A stretch of DNA of 64,000 nucleotides from an uncultured Chloroflexia bacterium (GTDB taxonomy: Bacteria; Chloroflexota; Anaerolineae; Anaerolineales; Anaerolineaceae). The notes below the pieces were generated by a model. It worked only from the letters and a program-made list of their open reading frames with translations, searched no databases and was not told where the DNA came from. The stretch is from positions 223 through 64,222 of the forward strand of contig CAVVGZ010000001.1 of the NCBI GenBank assembly GCA_963747965.1. The letters run 5' to 3'. The position numbers and the translations under genes were made by a program. The number at the start of each line of letters is the position of its first letter. Positions within the stretch are counted from its first letter, which is position 1. Below, piece after piece: positions 20,837-31,253 of this stretch.

Positions 20837-22246
20837 ATGGCTATACGATTAGACAAACATCTATTGCGTTTGTTCGGTGAGAAAGACCCTGTAAAGTTGG
20901 ATCCAGCCCATACTGCTTTAATCGTGGTGGATATGCAGTATTTTGACGCCCATCGCGATTGGGGAGAAGGAAAGACTGCCAGGGATTTAGGCGTCGAATA
21001 TCTATTTGAAGAATACTATCAACAATTAGACAACATCACTCCACAAATCCAGAAATTATTGGGTGCTTTTCGAAAGAAGCAGATGGAAGTAATACACCTG
21101 ACTGTTTCAGAAGTAACCAATGACTCTCGTGATGTTGGATACAAACAACTTGTCCGCGGCCTGATTTGCCCTGCCAATAGCAAAGAAGCACAGTTGCTGG
21201 ATGATGTTAAATCTGAAGGCGATGAAATCATTATCAAAAAGTCTTCTTCAGGTGTTTTTCCAGTAACCAACTTCGATCGTCTGCTAAGAAATATGGAAAT
21301 CACCAAACTCGTATTCACCGGTACTTCTACAGGCGGTTGTGTTGAAAGCGCCGTAAGAGACGCAATGGATCTTGGCTATGAAGTCGTTGTTGTATCAGAT
21401 GCCTGTGCATCAGGTAAAGTCAGCGATCATGAGTTGGCATTGTGGAGAATGGAATGCGGATTAGTTCATATTTTATCTACAGAGGAAATCCTTTCACAAC
21501 TTGAGAATATTCCGGATAATAATCGACTGTTGAAAAGTGGTGTTGAGAGAGTCAATCAATATCTACCCAAATCCACTGAAGTGACGGTTAATGTTGATCC
21601 CTACTCGATTATCTTCCCACCGGCTATTGAGCAACATTACACAAAGAGGAATACAGCGCTGGTTGTATTGGATATGACAAGATTTGCTTGTGATCCCAGT
21701 ATTGGACTTGGGGCGAAATTTGCCCAATACATGCCGCATTATTTGACCGATTTCTATCAAAGAGTCGAAAAAGCCAGGAGAAATATACAAAAAGCGATTG
21801 CTTTCGCCAGAGAAAACGAACTGCCTGTTTTATTCTTCCGTCTTGCCGGCAAGAGAATCGATGGCTCGGATATCGCCAAAAAATACAAATCCATTGGCAT
21901 TCAATTTGGTTACACTTCACCGGAAGCCGAATGGGTTGAAGGCATTAAACCATCTGAGAATGATGTCGTTTTCAATAAACCGGGATCATCGATGTTCAAT
22001 GGAACCGGTATTGATGAGTACTTGAGGAATACTGGAATTGAATATTTGATCATTACGGGGGCTTCATATGACGCCGGCATTGAATCGTCCATCCGCAGTT
22101 GTACGGATAGAGGCTATAGTGTGCTTGTTCTGTCTGATGCCTGCGCAGCAGTCCATGAGGTGCTCCAAAAAGAATTGGAAGATATGGAAGTTGGCCTGAT
22201 TAAAGTAATGAAAATTGGGCAATTGGATCAATTATGCTTTTCATAA
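20837..22246 (+). CDS. fusion of two isochorismatase-family (cysteine hydrolase) domains
   Basis: Domain 1 is ALIVVDMQ...IKKSSSGVF...FTGTSTGGCVESAVRDA with an intact Asp-Lys-Cys triad. Domain 2 is ALVVLDMT...FNKPGSSMF...ITGASYDAGIESSIRS, with Gly at the Cys position. Confidence 0.8.
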   Translation: MAIRLDKHLLRLFGEKDPVKLDPAHTALIVVDMQYFDAHRDWGEGKTARDLGVEYLFEEYYQQLDNITPQIQKLLGAFRKKQMEVIHLTVSEVTNDSRDVGYKQLVRGLICPANSKEAQLLDDVKSEGDEIIIKKSSSGVFPVTNFDRLLRNMEITKLVFTGTSTGGCVESAVRDAMDLGYEVVVVSDACASGKVSDHELALWRMECGLVHILSTEEILSQLENIPDNNRLLKSGVERVNQYLPKSTEVTVNVDPYSIIFPPAIEQHYTKRNTALVVLDMTRFACDPSIGLGAKFAQYMPHYLTDFYQRVEKARRNIQKAIAFARENELPVLFFRLAGKRIDGSDIAKKYKSIGIQFGYTSPEAEWVEGIKPSENDVVFNKPGSSMFNGTGIDEYLRNTGIEYLIITGASYDAGIESSIRSCTDRGYSVLVLSDACAAVHEVLQKELEDMEVGLIKVMKIGQLDQLCFS

Positions 22247-22302
22247 ATAAAAATAGGCTTTCGTTTTGAGAAGTGTTGATTCGTATTTATCAATAGTCAT
22301 TA

Positions 22303-23774
22303 ATGGGAAACAAGATGAATCGTGGAGCAATACATAAATACATAGATGGCCACAAAGACGAACACATTGCGAATATTCAGGAATGGGTACGCCAGCCAAG
22401 CGTAAGCTGGGATAATATCGGTTGTGAAGATATGGCTCAACTGGCTGCCAAAACTTTCAAGAAGCTGGGCTGCCAGGAAGTAGAGGTGCTGGAAGGACGT
22501 TTTCATCCTGGTGTATGGGCTGTGTATGACGCTGGAGCCCCCATCACAATCCACAACTATGCCATGCTGGATACACGAACGGTCAATGCCAGGGAATGGG
22601 CATACGATCCCTGGGGTGCTGAATTATTGCCTATGGGAAATTACCCTAAGGTACTGGTTGGACGTGGCGCCATGGCAGCCAAAGGTCCGTACATGACCTG
22701 GCTGAATGCGCTATCATCCATCATTGCTGTCGAAGGAACGCTTCCGGTAAACATCATGTTCCTGGCTGAAAACGAAGAGATCATGGGCAGCCCAACCTAC
22801 CGGAAATTTGCAAAGGAAAAAGCCGGGCAGTTGAGGAAGGTAGATGTGAGTTTTGCCCCGCTTGCCTCCCAAAGCCCTGCCGGTGTTGTAACTATGGGAT
22901 TGGGTTTGAAGGGTATGACCGTGGTGGAACTGACTGCCAGCGGCAAGACCTGGGGAAAAGGCCCCGTGAACACCGTGCACAGTATGGTCGCTTCGCTGGT
23001 AGACTGCCCGCCATTCAGACTGGCCCAGGCTTTAGCGACCTTATCCGAGCCGGATGGAAGCGGATGCGCAGTAAAAGGACTGAAGAAGGTATGGGATTAC
23101 CGCAAGCCATTAACGGATGAAGAGACCGAGCTGCTGGCTACCATTGCCAAATCAGCCGAGGGCAAAGACTGGCGTGACGTACTGCCATTGGGCGGCGCAA
23201 AGAACGTCAGCACTATCCGCGGCGGCATGGATGGGATGGATCCATTGGTCAACTGGTTGTATGGTCCCACGTTCAACATTGCCGGTATAAGAAGCGGCTT
23301 TCTGGGCCCAGGACCGGGACGATTCCCTATATCATCCCCAGCACGGCGACAGCTACCATCGATATGCGGTTGGTGGTTGAGATGAGTCCCGAGGAAATTG
23401 TCCACACATTACGGGAACATCTGGATGAGCATGGTTTCACCGATATTGATATCGATGTGTATGCAGCCTTCAGCCACAATGTGACGCCCGTTTCAGCACC
23501 AGCATCGCAGGCGATGCTCAAGACCATGGAGCAATATAATCTGAATTACACCGTTTGGCCCATCGAAGGCGGCGGTGGACCATGGACTGTGATCCCCAAT
23601 ATGTTCAATGTGCCCTGCGTTCGCGGCGGCGCAATTGGCGGCGGTGCCGGACGACCTGTTGACGAATACTATGTCATCGAGGGTGATGGCAAACTGGCTG
23701 GAATGACCCAAGCAGAGAAATACCTGGTTGATTTACTCTACAATCTAGCAGAAACATTGAACCCACAAATATAA
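22303..23774 (+). CDS. M20-family (ArgE/DapE/CPG2-like) peptidase homologue; frame change near 23312
   Basis: M20 layout motifs are present: WAYDPWGAEL...VGRGAMAAKGP...LAENEEIMGS. ORFs 22303-23385 and 23364-23774 join as ...GFLGPG/TGTIPYIIPSTATATIDMRLVV. Confidence 0.7.
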
Positions 23775-23836
23775 GGGAAAATTATTGGCAAAAATAAGGA
23801 ATGGCTGTTTTTGACACTTAATTTGAAAGGGAAATT

Positions 23837-24517
23837 ATGGGAATAATACCCAGGGTGCCTTATAAAATGCTGGCAGCCCCAATTCCAGCTGAAAAAATTC
23901 GGAATGAAAGAACAGCGATTATTTTGCTGGACTTTCAAAATTATACCTGCAATCGAAACAGCGGATTGGGCAGCCTGGCCAAAGTAAAGGGTATTACTCC
24001 TGAATTTGATGAATACTACAGCATGGTGGATGCGGCAAAAGCAAATTGCAGCAGCCTGTTGGAGGTAGGTCGGAAGAACGGGTTAGAAGTTATTTTTTGC
24101 TATTTGTTCAATAACAGGACCCGCAGCCAATATTCCCGGCAATTCGAGTTAAGTCAATTCCCTCTTCCAACCGGAGATCTGAAAGACGAATATCTGGCTG
24201 AACCATCGCCTGCAAAAGGGGATTTGATCATTACACGGGATACCTATTCACCGTTCCTCAATACCGGGCTGGAAGAGAAATTACGTGACAAAAATAAAGA
24301 TACCCTCATCCTGGCCGGAACCCTGTACAACCATACCGTTGCCCAGGCAGCACGAGAGGCAGCCGACCGGGGATTCACAGTAATTGTGGTTTGGGATGCA
24401 TCGGCCAGTGAGACGTTGGACTGGCACCTGGTAACCAGAACCGGGTTGGTAGGAGGCTTAATTCTTTCACGTCGAACACATGAAGTGATCGAGATGGTGG
24501 AAGGGAATCGGACATGA
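23837..24517 (+). CDS. isochorismatase-like protein lacking the catalytic Cys and Lys
   Basis: The sequence AIILLDFQ...ITRDTYSPF...LAGTLYNHTVAQAAREA aligns without gaps to domain 1 of the upstream gene. It has Arg at the Lys position and Thr at the Cys position. Confidence 0.7.
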   Translation: MGIIPRVPYKMLAAPIPAEKIRNERTAIILLDFQNYTCNRNSGLGSLAKVKGITPEFDEYYSMVDAAKANCSSLLEVGRKNGLEVIFCYLFNNRTRSQYSRQFELSQFPLPTGDLKDEYLAEPSPAKGDLIITRDTYSPFLNTGLEEKLRDKNKDTLILAGTLYNHTVAQAAREAADRGFTVIVVWDASASETLDWHLVTRTGLVGGLILSRRTHEVIEMVEGNRT

Positions 24518-25491
24518 GAATAATCAGAACTGTAAGAGGAGATATTGATCCGTCGCAATTAGGAATTACAGCACCCCATGAACACCTTTGGTGTAACGAG
24601 GAAATCGAAAACAAACCTGAAAAGTATAGTTTTCCTGGAATTACTGAAAAGATGGTTATGCATGACCGGCAGCTCATAATAAAAGAACTCAAAGATTTCC
24701 ATGAAGCTGGGGGAAGAGCGGTAGCCGAAATGACAACCGATGGATGGGGACGGGATGTAACAGTATTGAAGGAAATCTCTGAAGCAGCCAACGTCCACGT
24801 TATCTCGATTTCGGGCACCTATATAGAAGACTACTTGCCGCAATATTTTTATAGGATGGATATTGATGAACTGGCAGAACGGTTTGCTAGAGAAATCACG
24901 GTGGGTGTGGATGGAACGGGTATACGGACCGGTTTATTAAAGGCTTCGGTAAGTCGCAGAGTTGTGGAGCAGGCAGAAGAAAAAGGTGCCAGGGCAGTTG
25001 CCCGAGCACAGGTGCAAACTGGTGTTGCCATAACCACACATACCAACGCATCATCGCGGTTTGAGATCAGCGGTGGAAACAGCGGAATGCTTCATCTGGA
25101 CATCTTCGAACAGGAAGGGGTGGATTTGAGCCGGGTGATCGTGGGACACACAGATGAAAATGCAGATATCCGTCAATTGATTCAGCTGATCAAGCGGGGT
25201 GCAACTATCCAGTTTGATACAATTGGGAAGCTTCACTGGCTGTTGGATCAAACCCGTATCGGCTTGATACGGCAGCTTTGCGAAAAGGGCTACGAAGACC
25301 GGGTTTTACTTTCCACGGATCGCTGCCGGGTTTCTGAAACAAAAACACATGGCGGACCAGGTTATTCACATATCTTGAATACTTTTGTACCTTTGTTACA
25401 CCAGTCAGGTATCGATGAGAAAATTATCCACAAATTCCTGGTAGACAACCCTGCCGCCATTCTCTCATTCGAAGCAGGATACACTGACTAA
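24514..25491 (+). CDS. phosphotriesterase-homology protein (PTE/Php amidohydrolase-superfamily)
   Basis: The metal-ligand pattern is present: APHEHLW, LLKASVS, ITTHT, VGHTD and LSTDRC. The start overlaps the upstream stop (ATGA). Confidence 0.8.
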   Translation: MRIIRTVRGDIDPSQLGITAPHEHLWCNEEIENKPEKYSFPGITEKMVMHDRQLIIKELKDFHEAGGRAVAEMTTDGWGRDVTVLKEISEAANVHVISISGTYIEDYLPQYFYRMDIDELAERFAREITVGVDGTGIRTGLLKASVSRRVVEQAEEKGARAVARAQVQTGVAITTHTNASSRFEISGGNSGMLHLDIFEQEGVDLSRVIVGHTDENADIRQLIQLIKRGATIQFDTIGKLHWLLDQTRIGLIRQLCEKGYEDRVLLSTDRCRVSETKTHGGPGYSHILNTFVPLLHQSGIDEKIIHKFLVDNPAAILSFEAGYTD

Positions 25492-25662
25492 TGAGGAAAA
25501 AGAAGTTGATAAATCCTGGCGTCAAAGAAATGGACGATAGATTTCAGGAAGATCAGTCTAACCATTTTTCCTGGTTTGTCGTAGAATTCCGTACTACCAA
25601 TCTGCCCCCGTCAAATCAAGCGGGTTATTGCAATATATTTCCGATACTATAGGAGTTTTTAT

Positions 25663-26617
25663 ATGAAAAATGAACTGGTGGTCCATACTTTATCTGCAAA
25701 GGCTGGCAAAAAGGTAACAGGCATTCTTGAATTTAAGGTAGATGGAAAGCCTTTTTCACTGCCCGTGTTTAATCAATGGCGAAAAAGAAGGCCCAACCCT
25801 GGTCATCTTTGGCGGCATTCACGCCGCCGAATATGCCAGTGCTGCCGCGGCACTTGAAATTGGCCAATCACTGAATCCTGCGAAAATCAGAGGGCAGGTC
25901 ATCGTTGTGCCGGTTGTTAATCAGGCCGGTTTCCATGTCCGTTCGATATACCTCAATCCGATGGACGGCATTAACCTGAACCGGGTTTTCCCGGGAAAAA
26001 CGGATGGCAGCCCATCAGAACAGATCGCGGCCTGGCTGACGGAGAATGTGATCAAACAGGCTGATTATTTAATCGACCTGCATGGCGGCGATTTAATTGA
26101 AGCGCTGGTTCCCTTCACAATCTTCCCGGAGACGGGTGATCCAATAGTTGATAAAGCATCGGTTGAGCTGGCTCAGGTCTTTGGCATTAAATATCTGGTT
26201 CGCAGTGTCGGAAAAGCCGGTTCAACCTTTTCAGCAGCGGCAGGAGGCGGAGTTCCGGCGATCCTGGTTGAATCTGGCGGACAGGGCATCTGGCCGCGCA
26301 AAGATGTACGAAGACTGGTACGCGGTGTTAATCGTGTCATGCTCCAGTATGGCATGCTCCATGGGGGCAAACCAAAGAAAGTGGAAACCATTGTCTTAAA
26401 AGATTTCATCTGGCTGCGCAGTGAGCAAGCCGGGTTCTGGTATCCGGCGACTGAGGTTGGCGATGATGTGAAAAAAGATCAGCTTCTGGGAAAAATCACG
26501 GATGCGTGGGGCAGCACCCTGCAGACGGTTTCAGCACCCGCCAGCGGCCGGGTGTTGTTCCTGGTTACTTCACTGGCGATCAATAACGGAGATCCATTGC
26601 TGGCCATCGGGGCTTAA
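25663..26617 (+). CDS. succinylglutamate desuccinylase/aspartoacylase (AstE/AspA, M14-like) family deacylase; frame change near 25769
   Basis: Zinc-ligand motifs GGIHAAEY and IDLHGGD are present. ORFs 25663-25857 and 25742-26617 join at LPV/LINGEKEGPTLVIFGG, across a T-run. Confidence 0.75.
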
Positions 26618-26653
26618 TCACCTTTGCCTTTATCTCTCACCCCCCTATTCTTT

Positions 26654-26681
26654 GAGAGACTGATGGAAACAACAGTCTCTC
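26654..26681 (+). terminator. hairpin after the deacylase gene
   Basis: A perfect 9-bp stem gagagactg/cagtctctc with a 10-nt loop. The U-tract is weak (uuaaugg). Confidence 0.4.
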
Positions 26682-26765
26682 TTAATGGAGGATTCGGAAA
26701 CCGGGCATTGAGCGGGCAATCGAAAGTACTGGTGATTAGTGCGTACGGTCAATTTCATACCCGCA

Positions 26766-26793
26766 TTGACAGGAATAAACATTAACATAAATA
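26766..26793 (+). promoter_or_regulatory. sigma70-like promoter for cytochrome paralogue C
   Basis: TTGACA, a 16-nt spacer, then TAAATA. This lies about 20 nt upstream of a strong RBS (gaaggagaataATG). It is conserved as TTGACT...TAAATA in the R1' copy. Confidence 0.35.
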
Positions 26794-26814
26794 TTTAATA
26801 CTTGAAGGAGAATA

Positions 26815-27207
26815 ATGAAAAAGTTATTGGTCTTTTCTTTTATAGTGATGATTGCGGCAATTGCGCTTGTGAGTTGCTCAACTGCCGCTACTACTGTTCC
26901 TCCTGCGCCAAATGCCACATTGACTGATACCGCTGCACCTACTTCAATTCCTGCAACTTCAGCACCCGCCTCTCCAACCACAGCTCCAGCAACACCTGAT
27001 CCTGGCAGCAGCACAACAGCTATCGATGGAAAAACATTGTTAGAAACCCGCTGCACTGCCTGCCACTCCCTTGATAGGGTAAACACAAAGTCAGGCTCCC
27101 CAGACGATTGGAAAAGCACAGTGGATCGGATGGTTCAAAAAGGTGCGGAATTATCGAGTGAGGAAGCAGTCATTCTGGTTCAATACCTGGCAGAAAATTT
27201 TAAATAG
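26815..27207 (+). CDS. small monohaem cytochrome-c-like lipoprotein, paralogue C
   Basis: Lipobox LVSCST and a long Pro/Thr/Ala linker, then IDGKTLLETRCTACHSLDRV...DDWKSTVDRMVQKGAELSSEEAVILVQYLAENFK. Confidence 0.75.
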   Translation: MKKLLVFSFIVMIAAIALVSCSTAATTVPPAPNATLTDTAAPTSIPATSAPASPTTAPATPDPGSSTTAIDGKTLLETRCTACHSLDRVNTKSGSPDDWKSTVDRMVQKGAELSSEEAVILVQYLAENFK

Positions 27208-27356
27208 GGGCTGTCAGTAAAACAGAACTTCTCTAGATACTGCACTCGTCAGTTCTAATAATCTGAGATAAACCTGCCTGTTTTACCAAATCGGTCCTAA
27301 AGGATCAAAAAAGCAGTTCTTGCCATAACTGCCTTTTATCAATGCAGACACTCAAA

Positions 27357-27772
27357 TCAGGAATTTATTTCAGGATCAAAACACAACTCCTTGACCTCAA
27401 ATATGGCTATGTGGAGGAACTCCAGCGCGTTTTCATCCAGGCGGTAGACTCCATTGGTTATGAGGGGAATAATACCCGCGTTGATGTGTGCCTTGGCGCA
27501 GCTGATGCAAAGAAAATGGTGCGACATAACAGGAGCAGCTGCGTGTGGACAACTGTATGCAGGGCTGCCGGGATAATAGCGTAGGTTTCAGCTTGGATTG
27601 TGAGCACATCGTGCCCATCCACCAGAAAGGGTCCAATTTCATCGAAATGAGGCTGACCCGCCGATGAGCCGTTAAACGATGTAGTCAGGATACGTTTATC
27701 CAGCACTAGTACACTGTCGGCAAAAGCACGGTCGCAGGTGCTGTGTTCAGTTACTGCATAAGCAATATCCAT
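27357..27772 (-). pseudogene. decayed paralogue of the dCMP deaminase gene
   Basis: The N-terminal half is recognisable (MDIAYAVTEHSTCDRAF...VLVLDKRILTT.FNGS.AGQPH.DEIG). HAE has changed to QAE, and the PCxxC motif is lost through frame changes. The sequence is collinear with 19698-20138, including the downstream hairpin. Confidence 0.75.
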
Positions 27773-28397
27773 AAAGCAGGAATCCTGATCAGGGTGTATT
27801 GAAAGTTAGCTTAGGACAAGGAAAACACAGAACGAAAATTCAGAATAATTTTCAGATTTGCCATTCTCCATGTTTTAATTATTAATATTTTTGTATAATT
27901 AATAAAATCAGTTAATTCACATATACTGTATCCATGAAGAATTTATATTATTTGAAAAGGAATCTGGGGCAATAAGGATTAAATGGAACTGGTGGACTGA
28001 ATCATAAAGCATGGTGGATTACTGGCTGTTTTTCCGTTTTTCAATTATCCACAATCGATCCACAAAAAAGAAAGGAGCTAACCGGAGAAAAAACAATTAA
28101 GGATCGGTTTCAGGAGGGTGCCTTCATGAAGAACCAGGGGAGGTTGAATTAAAGAGTGAATCTGAGAAGTAAAATCATTTGCGGATATAGGAACAATCAT
28201 TGACAACCCGGCTGCAATACAGCACCTGCAACTTTCATGATTTGCACAGTAAGGTTGTGTTGGCTGCGTTACATATTTTTTATATGCAGTCAATATGTTG
28301 AGAAAATCATTGATTTTTCTCTTACGCCACAATTCAAAATGCGGCTGAGGTTATGGATATCCCTCTGCGCAAATAATTAAAAATAGGGAAGGGTAGA

Positions 28398-29498
28398 ATG
28401 CATAAAAAATCATTACTCATTGTTGTTCTTCTATTAACCATCAGTTCCTTGCTTCTTGCAAGCTGCGGCGCACAACAGGCCGAAACCGAAACAATAGATC
28501 TAAACACATATACCCTCGATCAGATAGTCGAAAAAGCAAAAGAAGAAGGTCATGTGGAATCGGTTGGTATGCCAGATTCATGGGCAAACTGGGGTGAAAC
28601 CTGGCAGGAACTCACTGCCACATACGGTATCACTCATGCCGATACGGACATGAGTTCTGCAGAAGAGTTGAACATGTTCGAAAACGAGAAGGATGCCCCC
28701 ACCAAGGACATTGGCGATGTCGGACTTGCATTCACTACCGAAGCAATCGAAAGAGGCCTTGTCCAGGGTTATAAGACCTCCTACTGGGACGCTGTCCCGG
28801 ATTGGGCTAAAGGAGAAAACGGCCTTTGGATGATTGCCTACACCGGTGTGACCACCTTCCTTTATAACGAAGATATCACCGATGAACCAGCCCCTACATC
28901 CTGGGCAGATGTTCGTAATGGCACCTATAAAATTACCATCGGTGATGTAATCGGCGGCGCAACCGGCCAGGGCAATGTACTGTCCACTGCTTATGCTTTC
29001 GGTGGTGATATGGAAAATCTGGACCCGGCCTTTGAGTTCTGGGCTGAGATGGCTAAAGCCGGCCGTATTGACCAGGGTGATATTCTCTTACAGAGAATCC
29101 AGGCTGGAGAGGTTCAATTAGGTGTTACCTGGAGTTACAACGCACTGGGTTACCGTGACCAGACCCCCAACTACAAATTCACAGTCGGTGTTCCATCGGA
29201 CGGTTCCATCCTAAGTGGTTATGCCTCTGTAATCAATTCTTATGCTCCGCACCCGTTTGCAGCTGCACTGGCACGCGAGTATATCTTCAGCGATGAAGGT
29301 CAAAATAATCTCGCCAAAGGTGGTGCAGTCCCCACCCGGACGGATATTTCGATTCCACAGGAAATCCAGGATGCCACCATCCAGCAGTCAGAGTATGCAA
29401 ATTCTGTTCCGATCAAGGATGCTGCTGCATATGCAGCAGTTGGCGCCGAAATCTCCAAGCGCTGGGAAGAAGAGATCATTCCTCTGATGAGCAAATAA
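28398..29498 (+). CDS. ABC importer substrate-binding lipoprotein (solute-binding family 1, PotD/AfuA-like)
   Basis: It has a signal peptide with lipobox LLASCG. The protein is 366 aa and is followed by two permease genes and a PotA-like ATPase gene. Confidence 0.8.
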   Translation: MHKKSLLIVVLLLTISSLLLASCGAQQAETETIDLNTYTLDQIVEKAKEEGHVESVGMPDSWANWGETWQELTATYGITHADTDMSSAEELNMFENEKDAPTKDIGDVGLAFTTEAIERGLVQGYKTSYWDAVPDWAKGENGLWMIAYTGVTTFLYNEDITDEPAPTSWADVRNGTYKITIGDVIGGATGQGNVLSTAYAFGGDMENLDPAFEFWAEMAKAGRIDQGDILLQRIQAGEVQLGVTWSYNALGYRDQTPNYKFTVGVPSDGSILSGYASVINSYAPHPFAAALAREYIFSDEGQNNLAKGGAVPTRTDISIPQEIQDATIQQSEYANSVPIKDAAAYAAVGAEISKRWEEEIIPLMSK

Positions 29499-29529
29499 TT
29501 TCTGCCGCAGATTATAAATAAGAGCTGAA

Positions 29530-30444
29530 ATGTTTCATATGGGGCGTATTCGGCAATACGCCCCATTTTCAGATATGGGAGAATCTTTGAAGAATAAGCC
29601 GAATTTGAATATATATTTTCTTATTCTATTTCCTTTTCTGGTCGTTGTCTTTCTGTACGAGATCCTGCCCCTGGTTATGATGATTTTAAGCAGCTTCAAA
29701 TCAGAAATTGACGAATCCATCCTTTTCACCCTCGAAAACTATATAACCGCCTTTACACGACTGTCGTTCCAGCGGGCAATCATCAATAGTCTGAAAATTA
29801 CACTCATATCCACCGGGATTGGCATTCTAATTGGTTTTCTTGCCTCCCAGTCTGCTCACAACGCTCGTGGAAAACTCAAGAACTTCTTTTTGACCATTCT
29901 TAATATGACCTCCAATTTTGCTGGTGTTCCGCTGGCTTTTGCCTACATGATCATCCTGGGAAATTCAGGGGTCCTCATTATGCTTGGCGAGACGATGGGA
30001 TGGGATGCATTGGCAAATTTTGATCTCTACACAGCGAATGGGTTGATCCTGATGTATATCTATTTCCAGATCCCGCTGTCCACCTTATTATTGATTCCAG
30101 CCTTTAACGGGATTCGCAAGGAATGGCAAGAGGCCAATACAATACTGGGTGGACGGACACTTTATTTCTGGTCAATGGTTGGCATTCCTGTGTTATTGCC
30201 AAGCATTTTGGGCACCATGAGTGTTCTTTTTGCCAATGCGCTGGCCGCTTATGCCACGGCGTATGCCTTATTAATGAACAACTATTCGCTTCTCCCCGTA
30301 AATATCACCGGCATGTTTACAGGTGATATGAAAACTCGTCCCCATCTCGGAGCAGCGTTGTCAGTAATTATGATGCTTCTGATGGTGGCTGCGATTCTCA
30401 TCAATAACTACATTACCCATCAGACTTCAAAATGGAATGAGTGA
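29530..30444 (+). CDS. ABC importer permease (PotB-like, MetI/BPD fold)
   Basis: A polytopic membrane protein. An alternative start is ATG 29575 (MGESLKNK). Confidence 0.85.
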   Translation: MFHMGRIRQYAPFSDMGESLKNKPNLNIYFLILFPFLVVVFLYEILPLVMMILSSFKSEIDESILFTLENYITAFTRLSFQRAIINSLKITLISTGIGILIGFLASQSAHNARGKLKNFFLTILNMTSNFAGVPLAFAYMIILGNSGVLIMLGETMGWDALANFDLYTANGLILMYIYFQIPLSTLLLIPAFNGIRKEWQEANTILGGRTLYFWSMVGIPVLLPSILGTMSVLFANALAAYATAYALLMNNYSLLPVNITGMFTGDMKTRPHLGAALSVIMMLLMVAAILINNYITHQTSKWNE

Positions 30445-30447
30445 TAT

Positions 30448-31251
30448 ATGAAGAAATCGGCTTATTCTCGTGTTTTCATAATTTCCCTCATTATTTATCT
30501 CCTCATTCCGCTGCTTGCTACGGCTGTCTATTCTTTGTTTGAGAAATGGACAGGTATACTTCCGGAAGGCTTCACCCTCGACCACTACACCTCTTTGCTC
30601 TCAAACAAGGCATTCCTGCTTTCCCTTTGGCGTACAGTAATAATTTGTATTATCCCGATTGTACTCACAGTTATCCTGACTCTTCTGGCGCTATTTGCAG
30701 TGACAATCTATTTTCCATCTCTGGAAAAATATGTCCAGATCCTTTGCATGATCCCCTATACGATTCAGGGAGTCATCCTTTCTGTCAGTATCCTGTCACT
30801 TTATGCGGGCGCCAGGAGCTTCCTCGGGCTGCGTCTGGTGATGTTGATTGGAGCTTATTGCATTATCATTCTCCCTTATATTTACCAGGGAATTCGTAAT
30901 AGTATGCGTGCCATTAATATGCCCATGCTCATTGAAGCCGCAGAGATGCTGGGGGCCAGCAAGCTGAGTGCATTTTTTCGCGTGATTGTACCAAACATCA
31001 TTTCCGGTATTACTGTTTCATCGCTGTTGGCAGTAGGAATCATTTTCGGGGATTATGTGCTGATCCGGAATATCACGGGCAGCGCCTTCCAGAATGTTCA
31101 AATTTACCTTTTCCTGGCGATGAAACGTTCCAGTACTGAAGCATCCGCCGTTTTTGTCATCATCATGGTCACCACATTCCTGATCACTGCATTGGTGCTC
31201 TATATTCAGAGCAGGGACAACTGGCAGAAAATTGAAAGCAAAGGGAGATAA
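30448..31251 (+). CDS. ABC importer permease (PotC-like)
   Basis: A polytopic membrane protein of 267 aa, tightly spaced with its neighbours. Confidence 0.85.
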   Translation: MKKSAYSRVFIISLIIYLLIPLLATAVYSLFEKWTGILPEGFTLDHYTSLLSNKAFLLSLWRTVIICIIPIVLTVILTLLALFAVTIYFPSLEKYVQILCMIPYTIQGVILSVSILSLYAGARSFLGLRLVMLIGAYCIIILPYIYQGIRNSMRAINMPMLIEAAEMLGASKLSAFFRVIVPNIISGITVSSLLAVGIIFGDYVLIRNITGSAFQNVQIYLFLAMKRSSTEASAVFVIIMVTTFLITALVLYIQSRDNWQKIESKGR

Positions 31252-31253
31252 AA

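Larger units (their letters stand above)
26464..27210 (+). repeat. segmental duplication R1: 3' end of the deacylase gene, hairpin, promoter and cytochrome paralogue C; partner at 38527-39271
   Basis: Read line by line, this segment is collinear with 38527-39271, with scattered substitutions and small indels. Confidence 0.9.

Noticed and set aside
27960-28397. A possible cobalamin riboswitch in the ~600-nt AT-rich leader ahead of the ABC/GDPD/eut genes (for example ggtgcc...aggggaggttgaatt...cggctgc...cacctgcaacttt)
   Set aside because: I found only loose resemblance to the conserved core. There is no B12-box-like element (such as gccactg or agccaggagacctgcc). It would need an Rfam cobalamin covariance-model scan, so it is not reported as a feature.
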